Shown piece by piece: positions 16,715 through 30,200 of a stretch of DNA of 64,000 nucleotides. The position numbers and the translations under genes were made by a program. Numbering within the stretch: position 1 is the stretch's first letter; the number at the start of each line of letters is the position of its first letter. Origin of the DNA: Macrostomum lignano (lineage: Eukaryota); NCBI GenBank assembly GCA_002269645.1, contig NIVC01001430.1, forward strand, positions 124,001 through 188,000, given 5' to 3'. The notes beneath the pieces were generated by a model. The model was not told where the DNA came from, did not search any database, and worked only from the letters and a program-made list of their open reading frames with translations.

Positions 16715-17234
16715 TGCGCGTGCAACATTATGTGTAGCTAAACTGAACTAACAATAATATTACTCGAAAAACATGTGCCAAATTAAATTTTCTTGACTCG
16801 AGCAAATATAGTTATTACTTGTACTAGTCAATTAATTTTTATTGGACCATATATTGTTCTGTGTGCGAAGTTTCCATTATCGCTGCTGGTTTTCAAGCAA
16901 ATGATTTACGAGTATGTTGAGCAATGTGAATTTTAGTAAAGCTGAAGAAATAGACTAAATATTTGCGTAAAGTTTGCTGAAGAAAACAGCTAATTTTAAG
17001 TTGGAGTTGATGTTAACTGTGCGGTTCTACATGTGACAATCTTGCAGGAAATTTGGAGCTTTTATCAATTGCTAGCTGTATTGCTCTTGTTATAGATAGT
17101 CTGCAAGCTAGTTGTCCACGTTAACCTATATGAAGTTGACAATTTGAGTTTTTAATGTAGGTTTTTGTAGTTTTATGTAGGCTTTTAGTGATTTATTGAC
17201 TTAAATTTTAAAATTTAGCACTGTACCAGTAAGA

Positions 17235-17418
17235 CTACTTGCCAGGATTTCCTTCTGGGGGGGGGGGTCACATATGGTCACAGGCTCACAGCGGCAACCG
17301 AGGGCAGGGGGTGCTAGGCCTCTGCGACGGGGGAGGGGTGTGCTGAAAATTTGGCCTGGATCAGCCGGCTGGGGGGGGGGGTCATGACCCCCATGATCCC
17401 CCCTTGGCTACGCCCCTG
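17235..17418. mobile_element. Possible short non-autonomous element remnant with poly-G tracts ending in CCCCCCTTGGCTACGCCCCTG
   Basis: GC-rich island in AT-rich DNA with a terminus resembling common short invertebrate interspersed repeats. No complete TIR pair or TSD seen. Confidence 0.3.
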
Positions 17419-18254
17419 TGTGAATGATATATTTTATCTATTCAATCAAGCTAGGTTTCCTTTTTACCATTATAAAGAAATTCTGTTTGACAAGTAGCCA
17501 AAAATATTCAATCTACAGGGGCACAAACATTAAACTTCGGGTGTATCTATATATAGGGGTCAATTAACAGCTGACGACTGGCCTGTTTTTTGGTCCTTCA
17601 ATTATTGTCCCCCAAATTCTTTAGGGTCGTCTTTTAAAGGACCTATCTCTTTAATTGTTACGCCACTGGTTATCCACACATGTAGTAGGTGATGTAGCAC
17701 TGTAAATTTTGCTCTGGTTTATGTATTTACAATTGTATCCTTCATTATAGTAAAAAGTTTATAGAAATAATAAAAATACACTTTAATGGAAGTGGTAAAC
17801 AAATAACAGACTACACATTGGCAATGCTACTGATGAATGGGAAGGTAATTCGAGCTTTCCCTAATCCCTTGGCAGAAGCAGAATTATGGACTGCTCTGCC
17901 GACAAATAAACGCGAATACGCGATAGTATTGATGTCAAGCTGCACGTAACTTTTTCAACTTAAAAATCTGCCTCCTCATTTATCGAGTAGATGAAACTCT
18001 TAAGAGTATCTGCTGTGTCCTTGAAATCATAAAAAGAGCCATATAGAATAGTCAACGCGACATTGTTTGATATTGTCTCCACCGAAAAAATATATATCAA
18101 AATTGTTTTAATAATTATTTTAAATTCGCTTTCTTGGAAGTTCGGATTTCTTGGAAGCTGAGCTGCATACTTCTGTGAGTTGTCTATTATTGTTGCAGCT
18201 AGCTAACAATACCAACAGATAATACTGCTGAAATACTGAAATTACAAAAACAAA

Positions 18255-21200
18255 ATGTCCGTCAATAAATTGTTACTTGAAGAGGCCATCGAGGATAGCC
18301 CCCAGGTAAACTGCAAAATGTATTAAACCTTACCTTATTTTTCATTTCTGTATGTATATGCAAAGCAATAATTTCCTTTTTTAGTCTACTAATTCTGGAA
18401 TTAATCTACTTATTATAATGCCATTTTTTGGCATTATAAAAGGGAATATAAGAGATTTAGCTTCTACTCCTATTAATACTAGATGACTTACACTTAAAAT
18501 AGGATTTTTTTAAATGTTTAATTGATATTTAATTATTAATATTTTTGTTAGGCCTAATACCAACACAAATAAATACTAATAGCCATTGGTTGGTTATACT
18601 TTATACTTATAGATACTAGATTAATAATCTATGAATAGGCCTTTAAAATATTCCTATAATATAACTATTAATAAGATATTGAGGTGGGGGTAGAGAAAGA
18701 AAATAATTGGAATTGGGGAATTTGAAAATTGGGGTTTCCACGAAACCAGTTAGCTTTGCATTCGCACAAGTGCCATACTCCGGAAGGTGACTAGTACGCC
18801 GGAGATTTCCGGCGTACCAAATGAGTTTTCCGAAAAATTGGCGTACTACCATTGGCGTACCACCGATTCGAAAAAGCATTTGGCGTACCACCTTTGGCGT
18901 ACCACCAAGCTGAAGTTGAATTGGCGTACCACTTTTACATTGGCACCACCAGGCAAAAAAATCGTTGCCAGAGTAAAAACTTTTTGTAATTTTGCGTAAA
19001 TTACGACATACTATGAAAAGTAAGAGAACTTGAGCACATATATGCCACATGGCACATAATCATATTGAATGCATGAAAAAGTCAAATCCTGTCTTTGATT
19101 TTGTGGCAAACAGCTTCTTGCGCAAGTGCATACAATGGAGCGCACACACTTATTTAAGAGCACGCAAATAGGCTCCTTTTTAGCGCGCAAGCATGTACCA
19201 ATTTGACAAGCGCACACAAAAGCGTAATAACTTTTGTGCAAGAATTCCATCCTGGGTCTCTTGAGGTTGATTGCCTCTTTTTGGTTGAACTCCACTTCAA
19301 ATAGACATCAATTGAAACCACCTTATTGTAGTGCCCTTGACTCATGGATACTGTTTCATCTGGTTTCTATTCTTTGACTATGTCTTTTACATGGGGATCA
19401 TAAAGGCCTAACAAAAGTGCCTAGAAATAGGGATTAGAAAATGAAAGAATGCCGAAAATTTATCAAAAAATAGCCAAAAAGGATCGATTATGGAAGTTAC
19501 TAGTCTAAAAAAATTTATGCCAGGTCACCTAGCCATTGCACTGTTTGCACATATTGTGGTACCATGGTAGGCCAGTCTACCAGTGGGGCTCCTTCAACAG
19601 TTGGCGATACACGAAACGCCTCTGTCTGTTGGGATTATGTTAACGTCATAAGCTGCTCCCCCAGATGACTATGCATTTTCCCCTTGTTGATCCCACCTTT
19701 GGTCCATTAGTTGCCCCTTCCTTTTGTTCCGCCTTGTTTTACTGTGTTCTTCCCAGGTTTTGTCCCTCTTTTCCCACCAGTGTTCCCCCCGGTGTTCCCT
19801 TTAGTGTTTCACCAGTTGAATTTATGTAATTTTTTATATAAAAATCATTGTGTATAACATTAGTTTTGCTTAAAAAACTGGAGCCTCCCCAAGTTACCTT
19901 GAGTTAAGTGTGAATTTGCAGTTAATAACCGCCATCTCACTCAGTCTACTGTCTCGTCTCATTCGTCTAATTTGATATTTTGCAATATTCATTTGTTTAT
20001 TACTTAGAACTATTATTAACGAGTAAGCTAACTTGTCACTTGCTTAATTTATTTTATGTAGCATCTTTATTAATAATTAGTTGACCGTAATATTAATAAC
20101 GAATAAGATAATAAGCTTCTAACATTAATATTTATCTAGTTGGACTTAATTTAAGCCTCTAGTCTATATTGAGTTCTTTGCCCGTGGGGCATAAAATAAC
20201 CAGTCTGTCTCAACTCAAAGAAAGCTCTAAGACCCTCAACGTTCCATAAAACAACATTTACAATGGTGGCAGTGCTACTTTTACTATTGTTAGTAACGAA
20301 ATGAGCATATTTGATGAATTACAAAGTTTATGGTGTCTGAGGACCTAGACCTGAATGACCCAGGCCACTACAAGACCACTCGACTACAATTACGACTACC
20401 CTCCCCCGGAATTGAGGATCCCAGCTGTTGGAGTAAAAGAAGAAATTTGTTATGATTCGTCTGTAAAATTTTACGGCTTCACTTGTGCCATAGTCCGGAT
20501 GGTGTAATGTGGTACGCCGGAAGGAAAAAGGAGGATTCCCAAGTAGTACGCCAGTGGTACGCCAAAAGAAAGACGTGGGGGTCCCTCAGTGTATAACGTT
20601 GCGGCACTAAAAATCTGTTAGTTAGTACGAAAGAAATAATAAACATTTCGACTTTGAAAACGGTAAAAATATGGCGGACAAACTTTAACAATTATTAAAA
20701 AATAACAGATATAATCAGTGCTCAGAAATTTATTTACCAATAATACTAGGCTAAATTATTTTATTAATATATTTATAAAATGATTAATCAAGTTATACAA
20801 TGCAGGAAAAAATATATGCAATTTTTTACGTAAAATACATTGTCGTGTGATGTAGTCGTATCTTGTAATACAATACATTATAATATTATAATATAATACA
20901 ATATAATACAATTATAATATAATACAATACAAGATACGACTACATCACACGACAATGTATTTTACATAAAAAATTGCATATATTTTTTCCTGCATTGTAT
21001 AACTTGATTAATCATTTTATAAATATATTAATAAAATAATTTAGCCTAGTATTATTGGTAAATAAATTTCTGAGCACTGATTATATCTGTTATTTTTTAA
21101 TAATTGTTAAAGTTTGTCCGCCATATTTTTACCGTTTTCAAAGTCGAAATGTTTATTATTTCTTTCGTACTAACTAACAGATTTTTAGTGCCGCAACGTT

Positions 21201-24200
21201 ATACACAGAGGGACCCCCACGTCTTTCTTTTGGCGTACCACTGGCGTACTACTTGGGAATCCTCCTTTTTCCTTCCGGCGTACCACATTACACCATCCGG
21301 ACTATGGCACAAGTGAAGCCATAAAATTTTACAGACGAATCATAACAAATTTCTTCTTTTACTCCAACAGCTGGGATCCTCAATTCCGGGGGAGGGTAGT
21401 CGTAATTGTAGTCGAGTGGTCTTGTAGTGGCCTGGGTCATTCAGGTCTAGGTCCTCAGACACCATAAACTTTGTAATTCATCAAATATGCTCATTTCGTT
21501 ACTAACAATAGTAAAAGTAGCACTGCCACCATTGTAAATGTTGTTTTATGGAACGTTGAGGGTCTTAGAGCTTTCTTTGAGTTGAGACAGACTGGTTATT
21601 TTATGCCCCACGGGCAAAGAACTCAATATAGACTAGAGGCTTAAATTAAGTCCAACTAGATAAATATTAATGTTAGAAGCTTATTATCTTATTCGTTATT
21701 AATATTACGGTCAACTAATTATTAATAAAGATGCTACATAAAATAAATTAGGCAAGTGACAAGTTAGCTTACTCGTTAATAATAGTTCTAAGTAATAAAC
21801 AAATGAATATTGCAAAATATCAAATTAGACGAATGAGACGAGACAGTAGACTGAGTGAGATGGCGGTTATTAACTGCAAATTCACACTTAACTCAAGGTA
21901 ACTTGGGGAGGCTCCAGTTTTTTTAAGCAAAACTAATGTTATACACAATGATTTTTATATAAAAAATTACATAAATTCAACTGGTGAAACACTAAAGGGA
22001 ACACCGGGGGGAACACTGGTGGGAAAAGAGGGACAAAACCTGGGAAGAACACAGTAAAACAAGGCGGAACAAAAGGAAGGGGCAACTAATGGACCAAAGG
22101 TGGGATCAACAAGGGGAAAATGCATAGTCATCTGGGGGAGCAGCTTATGACGTTAACATAATCCCAACAGACAGAGGCGTTTCGTGTATCGCCAACTGTT
22201 GAAGGAGCCCCACTGGTAGACTGGCCTACCATGGTACCACAATATGTGCAAACAGTGCAATGGCTAGGTGACCTGGCATAAATTTTTTTAGACTAGTAAC
22301 TTCCATAATTGATCCTTTTTGGCTATTTTTTGATAAATTTTCGGCATTCTTTCATTTTCTAATCCCTATTTCTAGGCACTTTTGTTAGGCCTTTATGATC
22401 CCCATGTAAAAGACATAGTCAAAGAATAGAAACCAGATGAAACAGTATCCATGAGTCAAGGGCACTACAATAAGGTGGTTTCAATTGATGTCTATTTGAA
22501 GTGGAGTTCAACCAAAAAGAGGCAATCAACCTCAAGAGACCCAGGATGGAATTCTTGCACAAAAGTTATTACGCTTTTGTGTGCGCTTGTCAAATTGGTG
22601 CATGCTTGCGCGCTAAAAAGGAGCCTATTTGCGTGCTCTTAAATAAGTGTGTGTGCTCCATTGTATGCACTTGCGCAAGAAGCTGTTTGCCACAAAATCA
22701 GAGACAGGATTTGACTTTTTCATGCATTCAATATGATTATGTGCCATGTGGCATATATGTGCTCAAGTTCTCCTACTTTTCATAGTCTTGAAGGTTGTTT
22801 TTATGCTAGAAAATTTCAAAATAAAAGTAAAACAAAGAATAATAGTTTTTAGCAAAAACAGTTACTTTAAAGTTTAGTAAAACTCTTATAATTTTTAAAG
22901 AATATTTTCTCTAAAAATATAGTGTTCAAGCTACTTTATACTTGAAGTACAATTTTTTAATTTATGTTGGTGTAGAATTCAAAAACTAGAAAAATGAAAT
23001 TTCATTTTTGTGCATGGGCTATTATCCGCCCGCACATTTTCCTACCCCTGAGCAAGAATTCCATCCTGGGCCATGACAAGATTCTTGGCAAGAGTGGGAT
23101 GTATCTATATTCACTTTTGTTATACAATCATTTAAATGGAGGAAATCCGCAAATGGATCAGATAATGAAACTTGGGCTTTTCATCAATTTTGTAATACAA
23201 TCCCCCAAGTCAAAAATTTGTTTGCAGGGGATCGTATATCAAAAATGAAATCCCCCTACAGTATAGACAACATTGTTTCACACTGTTGGGGATCATATAA
23301 TGAAAGTAAGGGGGTTTAAAAAAGAAAAGGGAGGGACGCCAAAAAAATCACAACTTACTTTTGTAGAATCTCCATCAGGTAGCCTAGACAAGGGTTTAGA
23401 CATGGTAACACAATCCCCTGCAAACAAATTTTAAACTTAGGGCATTGTATTACAAAATTGATGAAAAAGCCAAAGTTTCGTTATCCAATCCCTTTCCACA
23501 CATTTCCTCCATTTGAATGATCATATAATGAAAGTGAATATAAAGACATCCCTACTCTTGCCAAGAATTGCGGCTTACGATTAATTAGGGTAATCGTGCT
23601 TCAAATATACTCCACTGATATGCAAACAAGACTCCTATCTTTTACATAGAGGATCGTATAACAAAAGTGCCATGTTCTGTAAGACAAATGTAAGGGGATC
23701 ATAAAATGAAAAAATGCCAAATTTGCAACGAAACTTTTCAATGTTATTTTCTTAGACAATATATTTAACAACTTCTTTTTGTTTAAATAAATATTTATCT
23801 TGTTTTTAAATAAGTTGCAACACTAAATTTGCATTTTCTGTCAAACTGCCAATGTCATTTCAGAGATAATTACTTTTAATATAATGGTTGTCATTTTATT
23901 TTTATGGGATCTTTTTGCTAGAAACATTAGTCATTAGATAAATTATTGTTTTTTTTCTTAATCACTATAATATGTCAATACTCCTTAGTAATTAATCATA
24001 AAAGTAGGTATTGATTATACTGTATATTCACAGCTGCTATAGATATCTTTAAGTAGTATGATAGGCATATTTTACTATGAGGAATAATGTTTGACTATAG
24101 AGTTGGATAGCTTTGGTATATAGTACAACAAAGTAACCATTTTCTTTTTGGCAACATTAATTAATAAGATGGTGAAATATTTACCACAATAAAAAGTGAA

Positions 24201-27200
24201 AAAAATCTTCATTTATAACATTGTCTGGAACCTCTATTTTAGTGTACTAAATTCTATAAATCAAATATTTTAATTTCATTTTAGACACACAACTTCCTTA
24301 CTGTATTTGAAGAAGATGCTGGTCTTGTCAGGCAATACACTGAGGAGTTTCATGGTTACTGCCAGCAGATACAGAAGGCTCAGGCAGATCTGGCCTCTGC
24401 CACCCATGGCCTAGCCCAGCTAATGAAGAAGTACTCTGCAATTGTAAGTCTTTTATTGAATTTATATATTGCAATTGATTGCATCTGTCTTCAAGTGTAG
24501 AAAATAGACTGATAGACTAAGCAAACAAACACCAAGATTGTAACTAAGACAGTCAGATACTTGGACAGATACCAAGACAGATGCAATGACAGATGACAAT
24601 GTAAAAATAAAATTACTGTATAATTTACTGTTTAAACAATTTGTAGAGGTTTCCATTGGAAAAGGAGGACTCCTACATGACCACAACGTTTCCACTGTTG
24701 GCAGAATACATGGACGAGGTGATGTAGTCTGAAAATTTTAGCTTAATAAATTTTCGCTATTAAGCCTACTGATTCCAATAATATTCTGAATAATTTTATT
24801 TGCAGATTAGCACAATGCAGCAGATTCTGGCTAGCCAAATTTCCGATACTCTCATTTATCCGATCAATCGCTTTCTATCGGCAGATTTGGAAGGTACGAC
24901 ACTATTAGTAGTATGCAGTGTATTTTTCTCAAATCTTTAATGCTAAAAGAAGTTCGATGCGTAACTTTGATTTGAACTTATTTTCAGAGCTATCGCAGCT
25001 GCAGAACCTCTACAAGATGGTTAGCGATGGTACGTGACAATGTGACAAAGTTTTAATTTGCTTTAACAGGTCAATTTACTGAATTTACCATATTTTTGCA
25101 GAGCACGAGCTCGCGGTGCAGAAGCACATGAAGCTGGCTAAACGATGCAGCGAGAAACAGCGAGTTGAAGCTGTAGAAGAAGTTTTTCAAATGCGCAAAA
25201 AGCAGCATAAGGTTTGTTTCTTTAATTGTTATTCAGTAATTTCTGTAAAGATTTTTGTGTTCTACGAAGTTATTTTCGCTACATATCGAAAGGATTTAAA
25301 TCTAGAATAGAAACGCAAATTTCGCTTTATTAAGCTGTTTTCGAAACAGCGAGTTCTGCTAGGAAAGTCGCGACATTTCATAAGAATAAATCAATAAGTT
25401 TGTAATAGAAAACTTCCCAACTACTCTTTACTATCGAAAATCCTGCAAACACTTATTTACTGATATTTCCCTGAACTAAAACTACTAACGGTAGTGTAAA
25501 AACAAACTCGGGTTACAACTTACAAGTAAAAAGCCATAGCCATCGAATTTTATTCCATACTACAAAACAATTACAGACAGCCTTGCACTACTTCTCGGCA
25601 ATGAATTTGATGCAGCACAAGCGTCAATTCGTCTTCCTTGAAGCCATCGCTGGTCACCTGCAAGCACATCTGTCATTTTTTAAAATTGGTTCCGACTATA
25701 TTGAGAAGCAAGAGTTGGAAACAGTGCATAGCAATACAAAAGGGCTGCTATTATGGTGAGTTGATTACATGCGATCAAATCCATAAGTAATGAGTTCTAA
25801 AGCCTAGCTTATTAATTTTCTGTAATATATAAATCTACTAATATACTTTTTACCTACTGATGACGCAACTTTGAGTAGTAGCATTTAAGTATTTTTTGCG
25901 ACAAATTTTACGATTTAAAATTGTTTGTTTTACAGCGGCCAACGAGAGTTGGATTTAGAACGGACTCGAACCTCCGACCTAGTTGGCTCTATTGAAGAGT
26001 CCTGCTCAGACGCTGTCTACCAACCGGAGCCCCTGGCCCCGCCAGCTTCGCCTTCGTCGCATTCGCAGCACGCGCGCGCTTCAAATCCGCATCTGGCTCA
26101 CAAGAGCGGCTATTTGATGCTGCGCAGCCGGGCGGGCCTGTTGCAGACCCGCTGGGATCGGGAGTTCTTCTTCACCCAGACTGGCAATCTCATGCGGCAG
26201 GGTAGGCGTGATGTAGCGGGCTGCCTGCTGATTGATCTGGCCGAGCCGGGGATTTACGCTGAGCCCTGCGACGCCGACGATCGGCGACACGTGTTTCAGA
26301 TTGGCGGCCCGGCTGGCAGGAAGTGAGTTGTCAGATTAAAGTTTTTTCGATACATATCGGAGATTAAGAATATGTTTATCAGTATAAGTTTGTAGATCTT
26401 CAGCAGATAGTTAAATCGTTTTTTTTCGCATCCCTTTTGCTTTATTTCTGGCTTAAGCCCGTCTAATCTCTACGTTTTTCTGTGTTATGATCTCTTATCT
26501 CTATCCTGATCTCTCGTCTGTATCCTGATCTCTCATTTGTATCTTGATCTCTCATCTCTGATATGATCTCTCATCTCTGTTATGATCTCTCATCTCTGCT
26601 ATGATCTCTCATCTCTGCTATGATCTCTCATCTCTGCTATGATCTCTCATCTATCTCTGCTATGATCTCTTATCTCTGCTATGATCTCTCATCTCTTCTA
26701 TGATCTCTCATCTCTGCTATGATCTCTCATCTCTGTTATGATCTCTCATCTCTGATATGATCTCTCATCTCTGTTATGATCTCTCATCTCTGCTATGATC
26801 TCTCATCTCTGCTATGATCTCTCATCTCTGCTATGATCTTTTATCTCTGATATGATCTCTCATCTCTGATATGATCTCTCATCTCTGTTATGATCTCTTA
26901 TCTCTGCTATGATCTCTCATCTCTGCTATGATCTCTCATCTCTGTTATGATCTCTCATCTCTGATATGATCTCTCATCTCTGCTATGATCTCTCATCTCT
27001 GCTATGATCTCTCATCTCTGCTATGATCTCTCATCTCTGCTATGATCTTTTATCTCTGATATGATCTCTCATCTCTGCCCTGATCTCTCATCTCTGCTAT
27101 GATCTCTTATCTCTGCCCTGAATCTCTCATCTCTGCCCTGATCCCTCATCTCTGCCCTGATCTCTCATCTCTGCCCTGATCCCTCATCTCTGCCCTGATC

Positions 27201-30200
27201 CCTCATCTCTGCCCTGATCTCTCATCTCTGCCCTGATCCCTCATCTCTGCCCTGATCCCTCATCTCTGCCCTGATCTCTCATCTCTGCCCTGATCCCTCA
27301 TCTCTGCCCTGATCCCTCATCTCTGCCCTGATCCCTCATCTCTGCCCTGATCCCTCATCTCTGCCCTGATCCCTCATCTCTGCTATGATCTTTTATCTCG
27401 GCTATGATATCTTATCTCTGCCCTGATCTTTCATCTCTATCCTGATCTCTCATCTGCCCTGATCTCTGATCTCTATCCTGATCTCTCATCTCTATCCTGA
27501 TCTCTCATCTCTATCCTAATCCCCGATCTCTCATCTCTATCCTAATCCCCGATCTCTACCCTGATTTCTCATCTGTATCCTGATCTCTCATCTGTATCCT
27601 GATCTCTCATCTCTATCTCGATCTCTCATCTGTATCCTGATCTCTCATCTCTACCCTGATCTCTCATCTGTATCCTGATCTCTCATCTCTACCCTGATCT
27701 CTCATGTCTATCTTAATCAATATAATCTCTATAATAATCTCCCTGATCCCTCTAATTTATGCCTTGATCTCTTATCAGTAAATAAATCAGCCCCACCTGT
27801 CATTTCTTTCGTCCGCACCGATCTGCTTCTTGTCTGACATACTCTTAACATCTAAACATCTAATCTGATGCTCCTGTATTCTAATCTATCAGGCCGATTG
27901 TGCTACAGGCGGAGAATGAAATCGACCGAGATGAATGGATCACGGCCATCACTAATATTGTGGTCAGCGGCGGCGGCTACACAAAGGACACCTGCGCCAG
28001 TCCAATTAGCACTGCCCAACAGTCCCAGTCGCAGGCGTCACCTTCTGTACAAAGTAATTATCGGCGCTGTGTCTTATCTTATTTTAGTTTTAAGCACTGA
28101 TCAGATGTCGAGGTATTTGCGTATTAAAATACGGGTTATTTTACTCCCGCCTTTTACCCATATCTAAAAGTGCCACATTGTAAAATCACACTCGTTACGG
28201 TGACCAGAATCGCTACAAAGTCATTGCAAACAAGTCACTAGTGACTTTAGCCACTCTGGTACGACTCTGTTGAGTCACGGGGGCATCACGCGAATTGTAG
28301 GATCGTAAATGAGTCGCGAAAAAGTCGTCCAATAGTCGTTGTGTTGGCAATAATTCATAAAGCGACGCAGATGTGATTATTCTACAGCGACCCTGGCACG
28401 TCTCAGATTTACCTGTGTTACCTGCAACAGCTCTGAAACGATTCTGAGGCTTCTTAGCGTAGTTACCGCTTTCATCGGGTTTTGAAACATTGAAAGTTGA
28501 AATAAATAACAACTGTTATTCCGCCTACTCAGGTCAGCACAGTCAGGAGTTGCCAAATAAAGAAAAGTCAGCATCTTCTGCGGCATCAAAAGATGTTGCT
28601 CAAGCTGGCGGCTTTGACGATTCCTGGTTCGATCGGGTGCCAATTCAATTCGATTTGCCTCACCTGACCGAGGCTGAGGAGAAATCGGCCGCGCTCTTCG
28701 ATCAGCAGCTGACCGTTGTTGATTCGAAATTCTCCGTTAATTACAGCGTGAGATTCACCGGCTCCATGGAGGTGCCCGGCGATCGTGGCGACGCTCTGGT
28801 GGCTCGAACTATTCGGCAGATCCTGACGGCCAGGGCTGTGCATAATATATTCAAGTCTACGGATTATAACTTGATTGTTTCCGACCGGGGCATCTGGCTG
28901 ATTGAACCGCAGTCTAAATTGATCAGGTGCGAGCATGCGCTAATTAGATAGATCAAGGTGTTGGGATTAGGTAGATCAAGGTGTTGTGATTAGGTAGATC
29001 AAGGTGTTAGGATTAGGTAGATCAAGGTGTTGGGATTAGGTAGATCAAGCTGTTACTCGTAGGATTAGGTAGATCAAGGTGTTGGGATTAGGTAGATCAA
29101 GCTGTTAGGATTAGGTAGATCAAGGTGTTGGGATTAGGTAGATCAAGGTGTTGGGATTAGGTAGATCAAGCTGTTAGGATTAGGTAGATCAAGGTGTTGG
29201 GATTAGGTAGATCAAGGTGTTGGGATTAGGTAGATCAAGCTGTTAGGATTAGGTAGATCAAGGTGTTGGGATTAGGTAGATCAAGCTGTTAGGATTAGGT
29301 AGATCAAGGTGTTGGGATTAGGTAGATCAAGCTGTTGTGATTAGGTAGATCAAGGTGTTAGGATTAGGTAGATCAAGGTGTTGGGATTAGGTAGATCAAG
29401 GTTTTGTGATTAGGTAGATCAAGGTGTTAGGATTAGGTAGATCAAGGTGTTGGGATTAGATAGATCAAGCTGTTGTAATTAGGTAGATCAAGGTGTTAGG
29501 ATTAGGTAGATCAAGGTGTTGGGATTAGGTAGATCAAGGTTTTGTGATTAGGTAGATCAAGGTTTTGTGATTAGGTAGATCAAGGTGTTGTGATTAGGTA
29601 GATCAAGGTGCTTGGATTAGGTTGATCAAGGTGCTAGGATTAGGTAGATCAAGGTACTGGGATTAGGTAGATCAAGCTGTTGTGATTAGGTAGATCAAGG
29701 TGTTAGGATTAGGTAGATCAAGGTTTTGTGATTAGGTAGATCAAGCTGTTGTGATTAGGTAGATCAAGGTGTTGGGATTAGGTAGATCAAGGTTTTGTGA
29801 TTAGGTAGATCAAGGTGTTGTGATTAGGTAGATCAAGGTGTTAGGATTAGGTAGATCAAGGTGTTGGGATTAGGTAGATCAAGGTTTTGTGATTAGGTAG
29901 ATCAAGGTTTTGTGATTAGGTAGATCAAGGTGTTGTGATTAGGTAGATCAAGGTGCTTGGATTAGGTTGATCAAGGTGCTAGGATTAGGTAGATCAAGGT
30001 ACTGGGATTAGGTAGATCAAGCTGTTGTGATTAGGTAGATCAAGGTGTTAGGATTAGGTAGATCAAGGTGTTGGGATTAGGTAGATCAAGCTGTTGTGAT
30101 TAGGTAGATCAAGGTGTTGGGATTAGGTAGATCAAGGTTTTGTGATTAGGTAGATCAAGGTGTTGTGATTAGGTAGATCAAGGTGTTGGGATTAGGTAGA

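Noticed and set aside
19010-22786. Autonomous transposon (Foldback, Mutator or Polinton) or pure sequencing foldback artefact
   Set aside because: No transposase or integrase ORF and no TSD. A pure artefact is disfavoured by transition and CpG-type arm differences, but is not excluded without long reads.
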